Shown piece after piece: positions 36,121 to 45,975 of a DNA stretch of 64,000 bases. Below the pieces are notes generated by a model, which worked only from the letters and a program-made list of their open reading frames with translations, did not search any database and was not told where the DNA came from. The DNA is from Anaerolineae bacterium (GTDB taxonomy: Bacteria > Chloroflexota > Anaerolineae > JAAEKA01). The number at the start of each line of letters is the position of its first letter. The stretch's first letter is position 1. Made by a program: the position numbers and the translations under genes. The stretch spans positions 1,655 through 65,654 of the forward strand of contig JBAQWV010000154.1 in the NCBI GenBank assembly GCA_049299095.1, written 5' to 3'.

Positions 36121-38079
36121 ATGTATATCGAAAATGAGCAATCTACTGTGATGCGGGTTCCTCATAGCTATAACCCGCCGCGCTCCTGGCTTACCTGGCT
36201 GCTCGGACGTCCCTTATCCACCGCCGACGCGCCGCACCAAACCATCAACAAAAAGGTAGGGCTGGCAGTCTTCGCCTCAGACGCGCTCTCCTCCACCGCC
36301 TACGCCACCCAGGAAATCCTGGTGGTGCTGGCTATGGCGGGTACGGCCGCCTTTTCGCTGGCCTTTCCAATCGCCCTCGGCATTGTGCTGCTGCTGGCTA
36401 TCGTGACCATTTCCTATGAGCAAACGATTCATGCGTACCCGGGCGGCGGCGGCGCCTACATCGTCGCGCGCGATAATCTGGGTGAACTTCCTGCGCAGAC
36501 TGCTGGCGCCGCGTTGCTCACCGACTACATCCTGACCGTTGCTGTCTCCATTTCATCCGGTGTGGCACAAGTCATCTCTGCCTTTCCGCAGCTTTTTCAT
36601 TGGCGCGTCGAAATCGCCGTGGCGTTGGTGCTGCTGGTAATGCTCATCAACCTGCGCGGGGTCAAAGAATCGGGTGTAACCTTTGCTATTCCGACCTATT
36701 TCTTCCTAGCCCTAATGATTTTTACCGTAGGAGCCGGTCTTTTTCGTTTCTTCACCCACTCGCTCGGTGTTGTTTCTGGCCCACCGCCGCTGGAGGCTGT
36801 TGAGAATGCACGCGCCATTTCGCTTTTCTTGATTCTACATGCCTTTGCCAATGGCACCACCGCGCTCACCGGCGTCGAGGCGATTTCCAACGGCATTACA
36901 GCTTTCAAGGAACCCAAGAGCCACAACGCAGGTGTCACCCTGGTCTGGATGTCGCTGATTCTGGGCGGTCTGTTTCTCGGCATCACCTTTCTCAGCTTGC
37001 AGATCCACGCCGTGCCATCGGCCAGTGAAACGGTCATTTCGCAGTTGGCCCGCACCATTCTGGGCGGGCAGGGCATCCCGTACCTGCTGGTAATCAGCGC
37101 CACCACGCTGATTCTGATCATGGCCGCCAACACCTCCTTCGCCGACTTCCCGCGCTTGAGCGCGTTACACGCGGGTGATGGTTTCCTGCCCCGGCAACTG
37201 ACCTTCAAGGGCAGCCGTCTCGTCTACTCGCGCGGTATCATCACGCTGGCCTTGATCGCGTCGCTGCTGATTATTCTGTTCCGCGCCAGTGTTACGGCCC
37301 TGATCCCGCTCTATGCCATCGGCGTTTTCTTATCGTTTACCCTGTCGCAAACGGGTATGGCGCGCCGCTGGTGGAAATCCGGCCATCTCACGCCCGGAGA
37401 GGTGATCGAGGAGCCGGGATCAACCTTGACATATGATCCGAACTGGCGCGTCAAGCTGGTTATCAACAGCGTGGGGGCAGTGGCGACCGCCATCGTCATG
37501 CTGGTTTTTGCTGTCACCAAGTTCCGCGAAGGTGCGTGGATCATCATTGTGCTGGTTCCAATCCTGGTCGCGGGCTTTTTTACGATCCATCATCATTACA
37601 AAGACTTGGCCAAGCGGCTGACGCTGGAAGGCTACGACGGTGAGGCGCAAGTCTCGCGGCAGCGTGTCATCGTGCCGGTGAGCAGCGTGCATCGCGGCAC
37701 CTTGCTGGCCCTGCGCTACGCCCGTACTCTGTCCAAGGATATCACCGCGGTTCACGTCTCCACCGACCCCGCCGATGCCGAGCGGGTGCGCACAAAATGG
37801 ACACAGTGGGGCGAGGGCGTGCGCTTGATCATCCTCGATTCACCCTATCGTCAGTTGATGGAACCGTTGTTGCAGTACATTGACATGATTTATGACCAGT
37901 GCCAGCCCAACGAAATCATCACCGTGGTGGTGGCCGAATTTGTGCCGGAACACACCTGGCAAAACGCGCTGCACACCCAGGCCGCCCTGACGCTGCGACT
38001 GGCACTACGCGCCAAGCCAGGTGTCATCGTGATTGACGTCCCCTATCAGGTACAGTCAACCAGCAAACCGATGAATTGA
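36121..38079 (+). CDS. kimA: KimA-type K+/H+ symporter (APC superfamily; B. subtilis YdaO/KimA homologue) with a C-terminal cytoplasmic domain
   Basis: Collinear with B. subtilis KimA: SDALSSTAYATQEIL, ISYEQTIHAYPGGGGAYIVARDNLGE, LTDYILTVAVSISSG, GVEAISNGITAFKEP, LYAIGVFLSFTLSQTGMARRW, VIVPVSS...ITAVHVS. Start at MYIENEQ. Confidence 0.8.
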   Translation: MYIENEQSTVMRVPHSYNPPRSWLTWLLGRPLSTADAPHQTINKKVGLAVFASDALSSTAYATQEILVVLAMAGTAAFSLAFPIALGIVLLLAIVTISYEQTIHAYPGGGGAYIVARDNLGELPAQTAGAALLTDYILTVAVSISSGVAQVISAFPQLFHWRVEIAVALVLLVMLINLRGVKESGVTFAIPTYFFLALMIFTVGAGLFRFFTHSLGVVSGPPPLEAVENARAISLFLILHAFANGTTALTGVEAISNGITAFKEPKSHNAGVTLVWMSLILGGLFLGITFLSLQIHAVPSASETVISQLARTILGGQGIPYLLVISATTLILIMAANTSFADFPRLSALHAGDGFLPRQLTFKGSRLVYSRGIITLALIASLLIILFRASVTALIPLYAIGVFLSFTLSQTGMARRWWKSGHLTPGEVIEEPGSTLTYDPNWRVKLVINSVGAVATAIVMLVFAVTKFREGAWIIIVLVPILVAGFFTIHHHYKDLAKRLTLEGYDGEAQVSRQRVIVPVSSVHRGTLLALRYARTLSKDITAVHVSTDPADAERVRTKWTQWGEGVRLIILDSPYRQLMEPLLQYIDMIYDQCQPNEIITVVVAEFVPEHTWQNALHTQAALTLRLALRAKPGVIVIDVPYQVQSTSKPMN

Positions 38080-38142
38080 CGATCTTCACAAACAGGTCTA
38101 CAATTTACATAAGGTCAAGGACTTGGTTGCTGTTGATTCTGC

Positions 38143-39699
38143 ATGAAAAGGTTTTTTGCGTCTCTGTTAAACCCTTCTGATACCAGTTTACTAGCTGTGC
38201 CCTGGCAACGTTATGCCTTTAGCGTTGTGTTGATGGCTGCCGCCACAGGTCTGAGCCTGCTGCTGCATTCCACCTTGCACATTTCAAACCTGCTGATGAT
38301 CTATCTATTTGCTGAAATCATCGCTGCCTTGGCTTTGGGACGTGGACCGGCTGTATTCGCTTCTGCTTTTGGCGCACTGGCCTTCGACTTTTTCATCGTT
38401 CCACCTCGCTTCACCTTAGCCGTAGACGACACAGAGTATCTACTCACCTTTCTTGGGCTGTTCGTCGTGGGCGTGCTGATCAGCAGCCTGACCGAACGTT
38501 TTCGCCTGCAAGCAGCTATGGCCGAGCAGCGCGCCAGCGAGACCATCACGCTGAATGAATTGAGCCGTGATCTCGCCGCCGCGGGCAGCGTCAATGCCAT
38601 CACCGCGGCCATCATCACGCACCTGGGCGAAGCCTTCGACCGCGAAGCCGCGGTGTTACTGCCCGGCTCCGAGGACGACAAGAGCTTGCTGGAGCCGCGC
38701 CGCGCCGGCTTTGCGCTCAACCCCGATGAGCAGGCAGTGGCATCGTGGGCCTTCACCCACGGCCAGCCCACCGGACGCGGCACAGACAGGCTCCCCACCG
38801 CCCAGGCGCGCTATCTGCCCCTGCAAACTGCGCGCGGCGTGGTGGGCGTGCTGGGAGTCAAGCCGCTTGATCCCACCAGCACGATGACGCCCGATCAGCG
38901 CCGCTTGCTGGAGGCTTTTGCCAGTTTGGCCGCGCTGGCCGTAGAGCGCGCTCAGGTGGCTGAGGAAGCCGAACACGCCCGCTTGCAGGTCGAATCGGAG
39001 CGGCTGCGCAACTCGCTGCTCAGCTCTGTGTCGCACGATCTGCGCACGCCGCTGGCTGGCATCACCGGCGCGGCCAGCAGCCTGCTGGAAGACCAGCCAT
39101 CGCTGGATGCCGCCACCAGCCGCGAGCTGGCGCAAAGCATCTACGATGAGGCCAACCGCCTTAACCTGTTGGTGCGCAACCTGCTGGATATGACGCGGCT
39201 GGAAGCGGGCGGCATCGAGGTACACAAAGCCTGGCAGCCGTTAGAAGAGGTGCTGGGCGCAGCCCTGACGTATGTGGAGCCGCTGCTGGCCGGGCGGCAG
39301 GTATCAGTGCGTCTGGCCCCCGATTTGCCGCTGGTGCCCCTAGACGAAGTGTCAACCACGCAGGTGCTGGTCAATCTGCTGGAAAACGCTGTGAAGTACA
39401 CGCCGCCCGCCAGCCCCATCGAATTGGCCGCCTGGGCCGAGGGAAAGGGGGTTGTGGTCGAGGTGGCAGATCGCGGGCCAGGGCTGCCGCCGGGCGACGA
39501 AGAGCGGATTTTTGAAAAATTCTACCGCGGCCAGAAAACGGCCAGCGGCGTAGGCCTGGGCCTGGCAATTGCCCGTGGCATTGTTGAAGCACATGGCGGC
39601 ACGATCTGGGCCGAAAACCGGCCTGGCGGCGGCGCCATCTTTCGTTTTACCCTGCCCGTCGAAGGCGAACCGCCCGCACTGCCCGATGAAACCACTTGA
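38143..39699 (+). CDS. kdpD: KdpD-like sensor histidine kinase without the N-terminal KdpD/Usp domains (DUF4118 TM domain, GAF-like region, HisKA, HATPase_c)
   Basis: TM region IYLFAEIIAALALGRGPAVFASAFGALAFDFFIVPPRFTLAV is typical of the KdpD membrane domain. H-box SHDLRTPLAGI and G-boxes are present. 518 aa versus about 890 for full-length KdpD. Confidence 0.75.
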   Translation: MKRFFASLLNPSDTSLLAVPWQRYAFSVVLMAAATGLSLLLHSTLHISNLLMIYLFAEIIAALALGRGPAVFASAFGALAFDFFIVPPRFTLAVDDTEYLLTFLGLFVVGVLISSLTERFRLQAAMAEQRASETITLNELSRDLAAAGSVNAITAAIITHLGEAFDREAAVLLPGSEDDKSLLEPRRAGFALNPDEQAVASWAFTHGQPTGRGTDRLPTAQARYLPLQTARGVVGVLGVKPLDPTSTMTPDQRRLLEAFASLAALAVERAQVAEEAEHARLQVESERLRNSLLSSVSHDLRTPLAGITGAASSLLEDQPSLDAATSRELAQSIYDEANRLNLLVRNLLDMTRLEAGGIEVHKAWQPLEEVLGAALTYVEPLLAGRQVSVRLAPDLPLVPLDEVSTTQVLVNLLENAVKYTPPASPIELAAWAEGKGVVVEVADRGPGLPPGDEERIFEKFYRGQKTASGVGLGLAIARGIVEAHGGTIWAENRPGGGAIFRFTLPVEGEPPALPDETT

Positions 39700-39855
39700 C
39701 CGGGTTGAACAAGACAGAACTGTCTCGAAATTCTGCCCACCGAGAAAGCTTGTCATTCCGAACGAAGTGAGCAGTGTCCAAAGACGCTTCCTCCGTCAAA
39801 GGGCCTTCGCAACGACGAAAATCAACCCATTGCGTTAGTTGTATGAGCGTGTGAC

Positions 39856-40563
39856 GTGTCCGAGCAACAGCCATTGATCCTAATCATTGAGGACGAATTA
39901 CCGATCCGGCGCTTTCTGCGCGCCGCGTTGACAGCCAGCGACTACAGCTTGCTGGAAACGGGCACTGCGCAGGAGGGCCTGGCTCAGGCTGCCCTGCGTC
40001 AGCCCGATTTGGTGATCCTCGATCTCGGCCTGCCTGACCTGGACGGGCTGGCAGTGATCCGCGAGCTGCGCGGCTGGACAGCGTTACCGATTCTGGTCTT
40101 GTCGGCGCGGCAGCAGGAGGGGGACAAGGTGCAGGCGCTGGATGCCGGGGCCGACGACTACCTGACCAAGCCCTTTGGCGTAGCCGAGTTGCTGGCGCGC
40201 GTGCGTGTAGCCTTGCGCCGCCGCAGCCGCGCCAGCGCCGACTCAGACAGCCCGATCTTCGAGACAGGGGGCTTGCGCGTGGATTTGGCGCAGCGGCAGG
40301 TATTGCGCGATGGGCAGGAAGTGCATCTGACCCCCATCGAATTCAAGCTGCTGGCTGCGCTGGTACACAACGCCGGCAAAGTGATGACCCATCATCAGCT
40401 CTTGCGCGAGGTGTGGGGGCCAGGCTACGCTGAAGAAAGTCACTATTTGCGCGTGTTCATCGCCCAGTTGCGCCGCAAGCTGGAGGAAGACCCAGCGCGT
40501 CCGCATTACCTGCTCACCGAGCCGGGCGTGGGGTATCGCCTGCGCGTCTCGTCCGCGGGCTAA
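39856..40563 (+). CDS. kdpE: OmpR-family response regulator KdpE
   Basis: REC domain (LIIEDE...LILDLGLPDLDG) plus winged helix (LTPIEFKLL...GYRL). Confidence 0.85.
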   Translation: MSEQQPLILIIEDELPIRRFLRAALTASDYSLLETGTAQEGLAQAALRQPDLVILDLGLPDLDGLAVIRELRGWTALPILVLSARQQEGDKVQALDAGADDYLTKPFGVAELLARVRVALRRRSRASADSDSPIFETGGLRVDLAQRQVLRDGQEVHLTPIEFKLLAALVHNAGKVMTHHQLLREVWGPGYAEESHYLRVFIAQLRRKLEEDPARPHYLLTEPGVGYRLRVSSAG

Positions 40564-40649
40564 GACCGGCAAAGACAGCCCTGCACACTTTGGGTGCAAC
40601 CGGCACTTATGCTACACTGGGGGCAAATCCGCAGTACAAGGTGAGTACA

Positions 40650-40982
40650 ATGACTTCTCCCTTTGATCATTCCGCGTTCGTGGCCGATCTTGCCCTCGCC
40701 GCGGACGACATCCCCGCAGACAGCATCGTCAGCCGCACGGTGTTCACCGACGGCCAGTTCAAGGCCATCCTGTTTGGTTTTGCCGCGGGACAGGAACTGT
40801 CGGAACACACCGCGGCCAAGCCCGCAGTGCTGCACTTTCTGCAAGGCCAGGCGCGGCTGACGCTGGGTGCAGAGAGCCACGCCGCGACCCCCGGCCTGTG
40901 GGTACACATGCCGGCCCATCTGCCGCACAGCGTGTACGCGGAAACGCCGGTCGTGATGGTGCTCTATCTTTTGCCTGTGTGA
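40650..40982 (+). CDS. cupin domain protein
   Basis: 110 aa from MTSPFDHSAF (AGGTGAG RBS), with a small beta-barrel motif HTAAKPAVLHFLQG...HMPAHLPH. Confidence 0.55.
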   Translation: MTSPFDHSAFVADLALAADDIPADSIVSRTVFTDGQFKAILFGFAAGQELSEHTAAKPAVLHFLQGQARLTLGAESHAATPGLWVHMPAHLPHSVYAETPVVMVLYLLPV

Positions 40983-40989
40983 GGTGCTT

Positions 40990-41916
40990 ATGGCTTCTTT
41001 CCCCGCTTTTTACGACCCCGAACGCATCGGCACGCTCTTGCTGCCCGACACCGCCGCCATTGCCGCCGCCGCAGCCGCGGCGCATTTAGCCCCGGCCAGC
41101 CGCGATACGCGTCATGTGCAGTTGTTGTTGATTGACATGCAGGTGGATTTTTGCCACCCCACCGGCAGCCTGTATGTGCCCGGCGCGCTGGGCGATCTGC
41201 GTCGCGTCATCGAATTTATCTACGAACACGCCGCGGATATTACCGAAATCATCTGCTCGCTCGATTCACACCTGCCCAACCAGATTTTCTTTCCCTCGTG
41301 GTGGGTGGACGCCGACGGCAATCACCCCGCGCCCTTTACGCTCATCAGCCGCGCCGACGTGGACACAGGCCGTTGGCGACCGCTGTTCGAACGCGACTGG
41401 TCGCGTGAGTACGTGGCGCGGCTGGAAGAGGATGCCCGCAAGCTGTTGACGATTTGGCCGTACCATGTGTTGTTGGGCAGCCCCGGCCATGCGCTCGATC
41501 CTGAACTGTGGTCTGCGGTGATGTGGCACGCGCTGGCGCGCAAGACCGAACCGCGCTGGCTGCTGAAGGGCAGTGATCCGCGTACCGAGCATTATTCAAT
41601 CATCAAGCCGGAAGTGGTTCCTGCAGATATGCCCCAGGCGGGCGTCAATGAGAGTTTGTTGGCGCGGCTGGCCGCGGCCGATCAGGTTTTTGTCGCCGGT
41701 GAGGCGGAAAGTCACTGCGTGCTGGAAACCGTGGCAGACATCGTGGAGGCGCTGGCCGATCAACCTGGCGCGGTGGCGCGCGTTGCCCTGCTGCGCGATT
41801 GTACCTCCCCTGTGGTGCATCCTGACATTGACTTCCACGCACTGGCCCAGGCGCGCCTGGCCGAGCTGGCCAGGCAGGGCTTGCGCCTGGTGGATAGCAC
41901 GGAAGTGGGCCGGTAG
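40990..41916 (+). CDS. isochorismatase-family cysteine hydrolase (nicotinamidase-like)
   Basis: LLLIDMQVDFCHPTGSLYVPGA matches the isochorismatase/PncA N-terminal motif. GAGGTG RBS. Confidence 0.55.
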   Translation: MASFPAFYDPERIGTLLLPDTAAIAAAAAAAHLAPASRDTRHVQLLLIDMQVDFCHPTGSLYVPGALGDLRRVIEFIYEHAADITEIICSLDSHLPNQIFFPSWWVDADGNHPAPFTLISRADVDTGRWRPLFERDWSREYVARLEEDARKLLTIWPYHVLLGSPGHALDPELWSAVMWHALARKTEPRWLLKGSDPRTEHYSIIKPEVVPADMPQAGVNESLLARLAAADQVFVAGEAESHCVLETVADIVEALADQPGAVARVALLRDCTSPVVHPDIDFHALAQARLAELARQGLRLVDSTEVGR

Positions 41917-41972
41917 ACAAGTAAACAGGTAGACAAGCAACCAGCCTTGGCTACCCGTATACTTGTCTACCT
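41912..41972. terminator. convergent-gene hairpin: GGTAGACAAG (twice, direct) then CTTGTCTACC
   Basis: Sits between convergent genes. A 10-bp perfect stem encloses a 24-nt loop. The first direct copy overlaps the TAG stop codon. Confidence 0.45.
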
Positions 41973-41975
41973 TCC

Positions 41976-42692
41976 TTAATCCGACCCACTCAAATACAGA
42001 TTGATCATCTGCTTCCAGTAGGGCCAGTCGTGCGCCCAGCCGTTCCAGATGCGCAGCGCGTGCCAGATGTTCTTGTCCCACAGGATTTGTGAGAAGTATT
42101 CGGTGGCCCCGCGCAGCGGCTCGGTTTCGCTGGTCGTCAGGATAATGTCCATCCGCCGCATTTGTTCCAGGCGCGCCGCGTCATGTTCGTTCTTGACGAA
42201 CTCCACCGGGTTGTTGAAATAGACGTTGTCATCGTGGTGGCCGTCGGTCCAGTCGCTGATGTCATACAAGCCATTCATCGCCAGCACGCGGCCCACCATG
42301 TCCGGGTGACGGAAGGCAAAGTTTACCGCCTGGTACGCGCCAAAGCTCGCTCCCATCACAACCAAAAAGGGGTTGGTGTTGCGCTGCGTCAGGGGGATTA
42401 CCTCGCGGGCGATATAGGCATCATACTGTGTTTGCCGCCAGGCGCGGTCGCCCGGCCACTTCCAGCGCGCATACCAGCTTTCGGCGTCCACGCTGTCCAC
42501 CGCGTACAGTTGGACTTCGCCGCGCTCAATCGGCCCAGCCATCGCCTCGACCATACCCTGGTTTTCCCAGTCGAAATAGCGGCCTTGTGAGGTAGGGAAG
42601 ACAATGACGCGCGCGCCACTGTAGCCATAGACCAGCAATTCCATGTCGCGGCCCAGGTTTGGGCTATACCAGCGATGAAGATCTCGGTTCAT
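41976..42692 (-). CDS. esterase family protein (PF00756-like; S-formylglutathione hydrolase/enterochelin esterase fold)
   Basis: 238 aa with GASFGAY (a GxSxG nucleophile elbow). Confidence 0.65.
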   Translation of the reverse strand: MNRDLHRWYSPNLGRDMELLVYGYSGARVIVFPTSQGRYFDWENQGMVEAMAGPIERGEVQLYAVDSVDAESWYARWKWPGDRAWRQTQYDAYIAREVIPLTQRNTNPFLVVMGASFGAYQAVNFAFRHPDMVGRVLAMNGLYDISDWTDGHHDDNVYFNNPVEFVKNEHDAARLEQMRRMDIILTTSETEPLRGATEYFSQILWDKNIWHALRIWNGWAHDWPYWKQMINLYLSGSD

Positions 42693-42754
42693 AAATCACC
42701 TGTGGGGTTAGGATGTGCAAGCGTGCGGGAGTGTAACATGCTCTGCTGCGGTCG

Positions 42755-43387
42755 TCAAGGCGCAAGATCGTGGCAGCAGCCAAACGGCGATGCGCAGGTC
42801 GCGGCCACGTCCCCCGGTACGTTCAGGCCAATCTCGCACAGCAGGCGCGCGATGTCGTTCAGCGGAAAGCCCATCACACTGCTGTAACAGCCGATGATGC
42901 GCGCCACCGGCGCGAACTGGCGATGCTGGATTGCGTACGCGCCGGCTTTGTCCAGCGGGTCGCCGCTGTCCACGTATGCGGCGATTTCTGCGTCACTGTA
43001 GCTGCGCATCCACACCTGCGAGCCATTGAGCGCGGCCGCTTCCCGACCGTTTTGGGGGTTTCTCGCGTAGACCGCACTCCACACCCAATGCGTGCGGTCA
43101 CGCAGACTGCGCAGCATCGCTGTGGCCTCGGCCGCGTTTGCGGGTTTACCCAGGACGAGATCATCCAGCACCACGATGGTGTCGGCCCCCAGCACAGCAC
43201 AGCCGGGCCGCCGAGCGGCAACGGCCAGTGCCTTGGCGCGTGCCAGCCGCTGCACCAGCGCCAGCGGCGCTTCGCCAGGTTGCTGGCTTTCGTCAAGATC
43301 TGCGGTTGTCACCTCGAAGGGGACACCCAAACGGCGCAGCAACTCTTGTCGCCGCGGGGAGCTGGAAGCTAAAATCAACGAGACCAT
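42755..43387 (-). CDS. maf: Maf-like nucleoside triphosphate pyrophosphatase
   Basis: Motifs LILASSSPRRQELL, GADTIV, and a conserved Maf core. Confidence 0.85.
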   Translation of the reverse strand: MVSLILASSSPRRQELLRRLGVPFEVTTADLDESQQPGEAPLALVQRLARAKALAVAARRPGCAVLGADTIVVLDDLVLGKPANAAEATAMLRSLRDRTHWVWSAVYARNPQNGREAAALNGSQVWMRSYSDAEIAAYVDSGDPLDKAGAYAIQHRQFAPVARIIGCYSSVMGFPLNDIARLLCEIGLNVPGDVAATCASPFGCCHDLAP

Positions 43388-43393
43388 AACGGG

Positions 43394-44560
43394 TTAAAAT
43401 TGTCCTTGCATCGAACCGGCGTAACCGGTCATCTCTACATAGCCGTTGCCACGCACAGCCACGCCGTTGCGCGTGCCCTCAAGCTGCACCGCACCTTCCC
43501 AGTAGCTGTACGATACGTTCAGTTCTTGATCGGGCAGCCACGGGGCTAGCTCCACGCGCAGGTTCAGCTTCGGCACGGAGACAAGCCAGCGGGCGGGGTA
43601 GGCTGCGCCATTGCGTGGACTGCGCCAGGTGCGCTCCACACTGATCTCGAAATCGTCGCGAGTGAGGGGGGTAACGTTGCCCGCGGCATCCACGAAACTG
43701 CCCGCGGAAAACGGGTCTACGCTGCCATCGGCCCGGCGAATGTGAAAGACTTTCAGCTCGGTATTGTCGTCCAGTTGCAGCGCAAACCAGTCCCAGCCGA
43801 CCTGGTCAGCGGCCAGCGCGCTGGTGCTGTATTCGTGATCCTGCCAGCTCCAGCCGCTGACGGCGTAGGTCTCGCCGCCCACAGTGAGCGTGCCCTGCGT
43901 CTCCAGCCGTGTCAGGCTGGTGTAATAGGAGGCATTACCCGGGTCGGGGCCTTTTTGGCTGTAGCCGCGGTCGCCTTGCAACACCACACCTTTGCGGCTG
44001 GTCAGAGCAAAGTCAATGGCGACGCCTTCTGCTGTAGCCTGCATCGTGAAGTGCGTGGCCTCAGGCGTTTCCGCCTGCACGCGCCAATCGTTCAGCCAGA
44101 CCGTGAACGGTTCAGCCTGTGCACCGGCTAATCCCGCGCCGGCACGTTCCAGCCGCTCGAACGCGTAAAACTGCTTGCCCTGCACGTCGGTCAGTGCGAA
44201 ATGCGCCATGATTACCTGATCGGCTGTCCAGGTGGAGGCACGCGCCACGCGGTCGGCGGGCGGAGTGACCGCGCGGCGAAAGAAGGTGAGCTGGTAACCA
44301 AAATGACGGCCCTCGGCGGTGTCCAGGTTGCCGGTGTAGTACCACCATTCGGTTTGAAAGTCGGGGTGTGGGCCGTAATCTGTGGGGAAGTCAAAGGCAC
44401 GCGGGCCGGTGGCACGGGTATAACCGCTGTTGTTGGCCGCGGTCATCGTGCCTTGCACGCGGGCCTGCACGCGTGGCTGGCTGCGCTGCTGCCACAGCCA
44501 GAAGCCCGCGGCGACCAGCGTCAGCAGCAAAACCAGCCCCAGCCAGCTTTTTCTGTGCAT
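43394..44560 (-). CDS. CrtC/AttH-like (hydroxyneurosporene synthase family) lipocalin-type secreted protein
   Basis: Start chosen at MHRKSWLGLVLLLTLVAAGFWLW, with the start codon 1 nt after the upstream TAA; the ORF-track start at 44875 was rejected. Motifs WWYYTGNL and DWFALQLDDNTEL. Confidence 0.55.
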   Translation of the reverse strand: MHRKSWLGLVLLLTLVAAGFWLWQQRSQPRVQARVQGTMTAANNSGYTRATGPRAFDFPTDYGPHPDFQTEWWYYTGNLDTAEGRHFGYQLTFFRRAVTPPADRVARASTWTADQVIMAHFALTDVQGKQFYAFERLERAGAGLAGAQAEPFTVWLNDWRVQAETPEATHFTMQATAEGVAIDFALTSRKGVVLQGDRGYSQKGPDPGNASYYTSLTRLETQGTLTVGGETYAVSGWSWQDHEYSTSALAADQVGWDWFALQLDDNTELKVFHIRRADGSVDPFSAGSFVDAAGNVTPLTRDDFEISVERTWRSPRNGAAYPARWLVSVPKLNLRVELAPWLPDQELNVSYSYWEGAVQLEGTRNGVAVRGNGYVEMTGYAGSMQGQF

Positions 44561-44561
44561 C

Positions 44562-45194
44562 TTATTCGCCGCCAGGGTTGATGGGGGCTTCTTCCCAGGC
44601 GCGCAGGAACTCCAGGGCTTGCTGCGAGCTGTGTAGATAGGAGAAGCGCGCCACTTGCCGCCCCAGATCGCGTAGCCGCACGGCCAGTTGCGGATCGTTG
44701 ACCTGTCCGTTGGTATCGAACTGCCGTTTGCTTTCGGTGACCACAACTTCTGACGGCAATACCCAGGCGTGTAGTGCCCGGCCAACACTGCGCAGGCCGA
44801 GTAAGGAATTGGCGCCGCCCAGCCGTCCACCGGCAACCGCCAGCAGGCCGATGGTTTTGCCTTCAAATTCAGCAAAGCCCATCAGGTCCAGTGCGTTTTT
44901 CAGCACGCCGCTGTAGCCATTGTGATATTCGGGCGTGCCGATGATGACACCGGTGGCTGTACGCACCGCCGCGCGCAGGCGCTCTACATCAGGCGGATAG
45001 TGCGTTTCTTCTTTACTACCATCGCAGAAGGGCAGCGTGTAGTCGCGCAGGTCGAGTAATTCCGTTTGCGCGCCCAACTCGGCTGCACCTTGCAGCGCGA
45101 GATGAACACTGAACCGGGTATAGCTGACAGCGCGTAGGCTGCCGACAATGCCGACGATGCGCACAGGCGGGTTGTTGGAGAGGGTTTCGGTCAT
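44562..45194 (-). CDS. NADPH-dependent FMN reductase
   Basis: Motifs IVGIVGSLR, TPEYHNGYSGVLKNALD. Confidence 0.8.
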   Translation of the reverse strand: MTETLSNNPPVRIVGIVGSLRAVSYTRFSVHLALQGAAELGAQTELLDLRDYTLPFCDGSKEETHYPPDVERLRAAVRTATGVIIGTPEYHNGYSGVLKNALDLMGFAEFEGKTIGLLAVAGGRLGGANSLLGLRSVGRALHAWVLPSEVVVTESKRQFDTNGQVNDPQLAVRLRDLGRQVARFSYLHSSQQALEFLRAWEEAPINPGGE

Positions 45195-45237
45195 GGTCAG
45201 TGGTTAATGACGGTTGATTGCGGCATGGGTCGCGTGG

Positions 45238-45975
45238 TCAATTGGTCCCTGCACACACCAGGATGCCGTCGGCGTTGCGCACCACTCCCAGGAAGGGGCC
45301 GGGGTCGTAGGTATTGGTGATGTCGGTTTCGTTGGCATAGCCGCCGGTAGCCGTGGATTTGACCACAGAAAAGTGCAGGTGAATGCCGACCGGGTTGGCA
45401 GGATCGCCTGACCAGTCGCCCTGGTAGCCTAGCACCGTGCCCGCGGGGACGAAAATTTCGTGCGTGTCGGGCGGGAACTGCGGTGCAATGAACGACTGCG
45501 TGCCGTCGGCGGAAGCCATGTGGGTGTAGTAGGTCCAGATCTGTTCGCCGGGGACGAGGGCGGGGAAGTCGGGGTGACGCAAAATGACGCTGCTGCGCCA
45601 GTCTGCTTCGCGGGTGAGGTAGCCATCGTATGCCGCGATGATTGGGGTGCGGTTCACATCGCCGTCGGGCGTGAAGATGTCGTAGCCGCTATGACGATGG
45701 CCGGGGCGGAAGCTGTCGTCCCAGCCAAAGCCGATATAGCCCGCGGTGGGCATGAGCATTGGCGCATCCGGGTGGCAACGAACGCCTGACAGCACGGTCC
45801 AGTCGGTGCGGGCTGCGGGGTTGTTGAACCATACCCCTAGCCGCGCCAACTGCTGCGCGGTTCTGGTGAGTTGTGGGCGCAGCCAGGCGATGCCTAAAAC
45901 AAGCGCGCCACCGGCCAATAACAGTGCGGCAACCAGCCAGATAGGGCGACGACGGGCAGGAGTGAATTTACTCAT
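45238..45975 (-). CDS. M23 family metallopeptidase (LytM-like)
   Basis: Motifs HSGYDIF and GIHLHFSV. Confidence 0.7.
   Translation of the reverse strand: MSKFTPARRRPIWLVAALLLAGGALVLGIAWLRPQLTRTAQQLARLGVWFNNPAARTDWTVLSGVRCHPDAPMLMPTAGYIGFGWDDSFRPGHRHSGYDIFTPDGDVNRTPIIAAYDGYLTREADWRSSVILRHPDFPALVPGEQIWTYYTHMASADGTQSFIAPQFPPDTHEIFVPAGTVLGYQGDWSGDPANPVGIHLHFSVVKSTATGGYANETDITNTYDPGPFLGVVRNADGILVCAGTN

Noticed and set aside
35836-36165. 109-aa minus-strand ORF
   Set aside because: It overlaps the kimA leader and start on the opposite strand, has no RBS and an Arg/Cys-rich composition. Judged spurious.
40560-41085. Several 60-120-aa ORFs antisense to the cupin and isochorismatase genes
   Set aside because: They overlap well-supported sense genes on the other strand and have Arg/Ala/Gly-rich composition.
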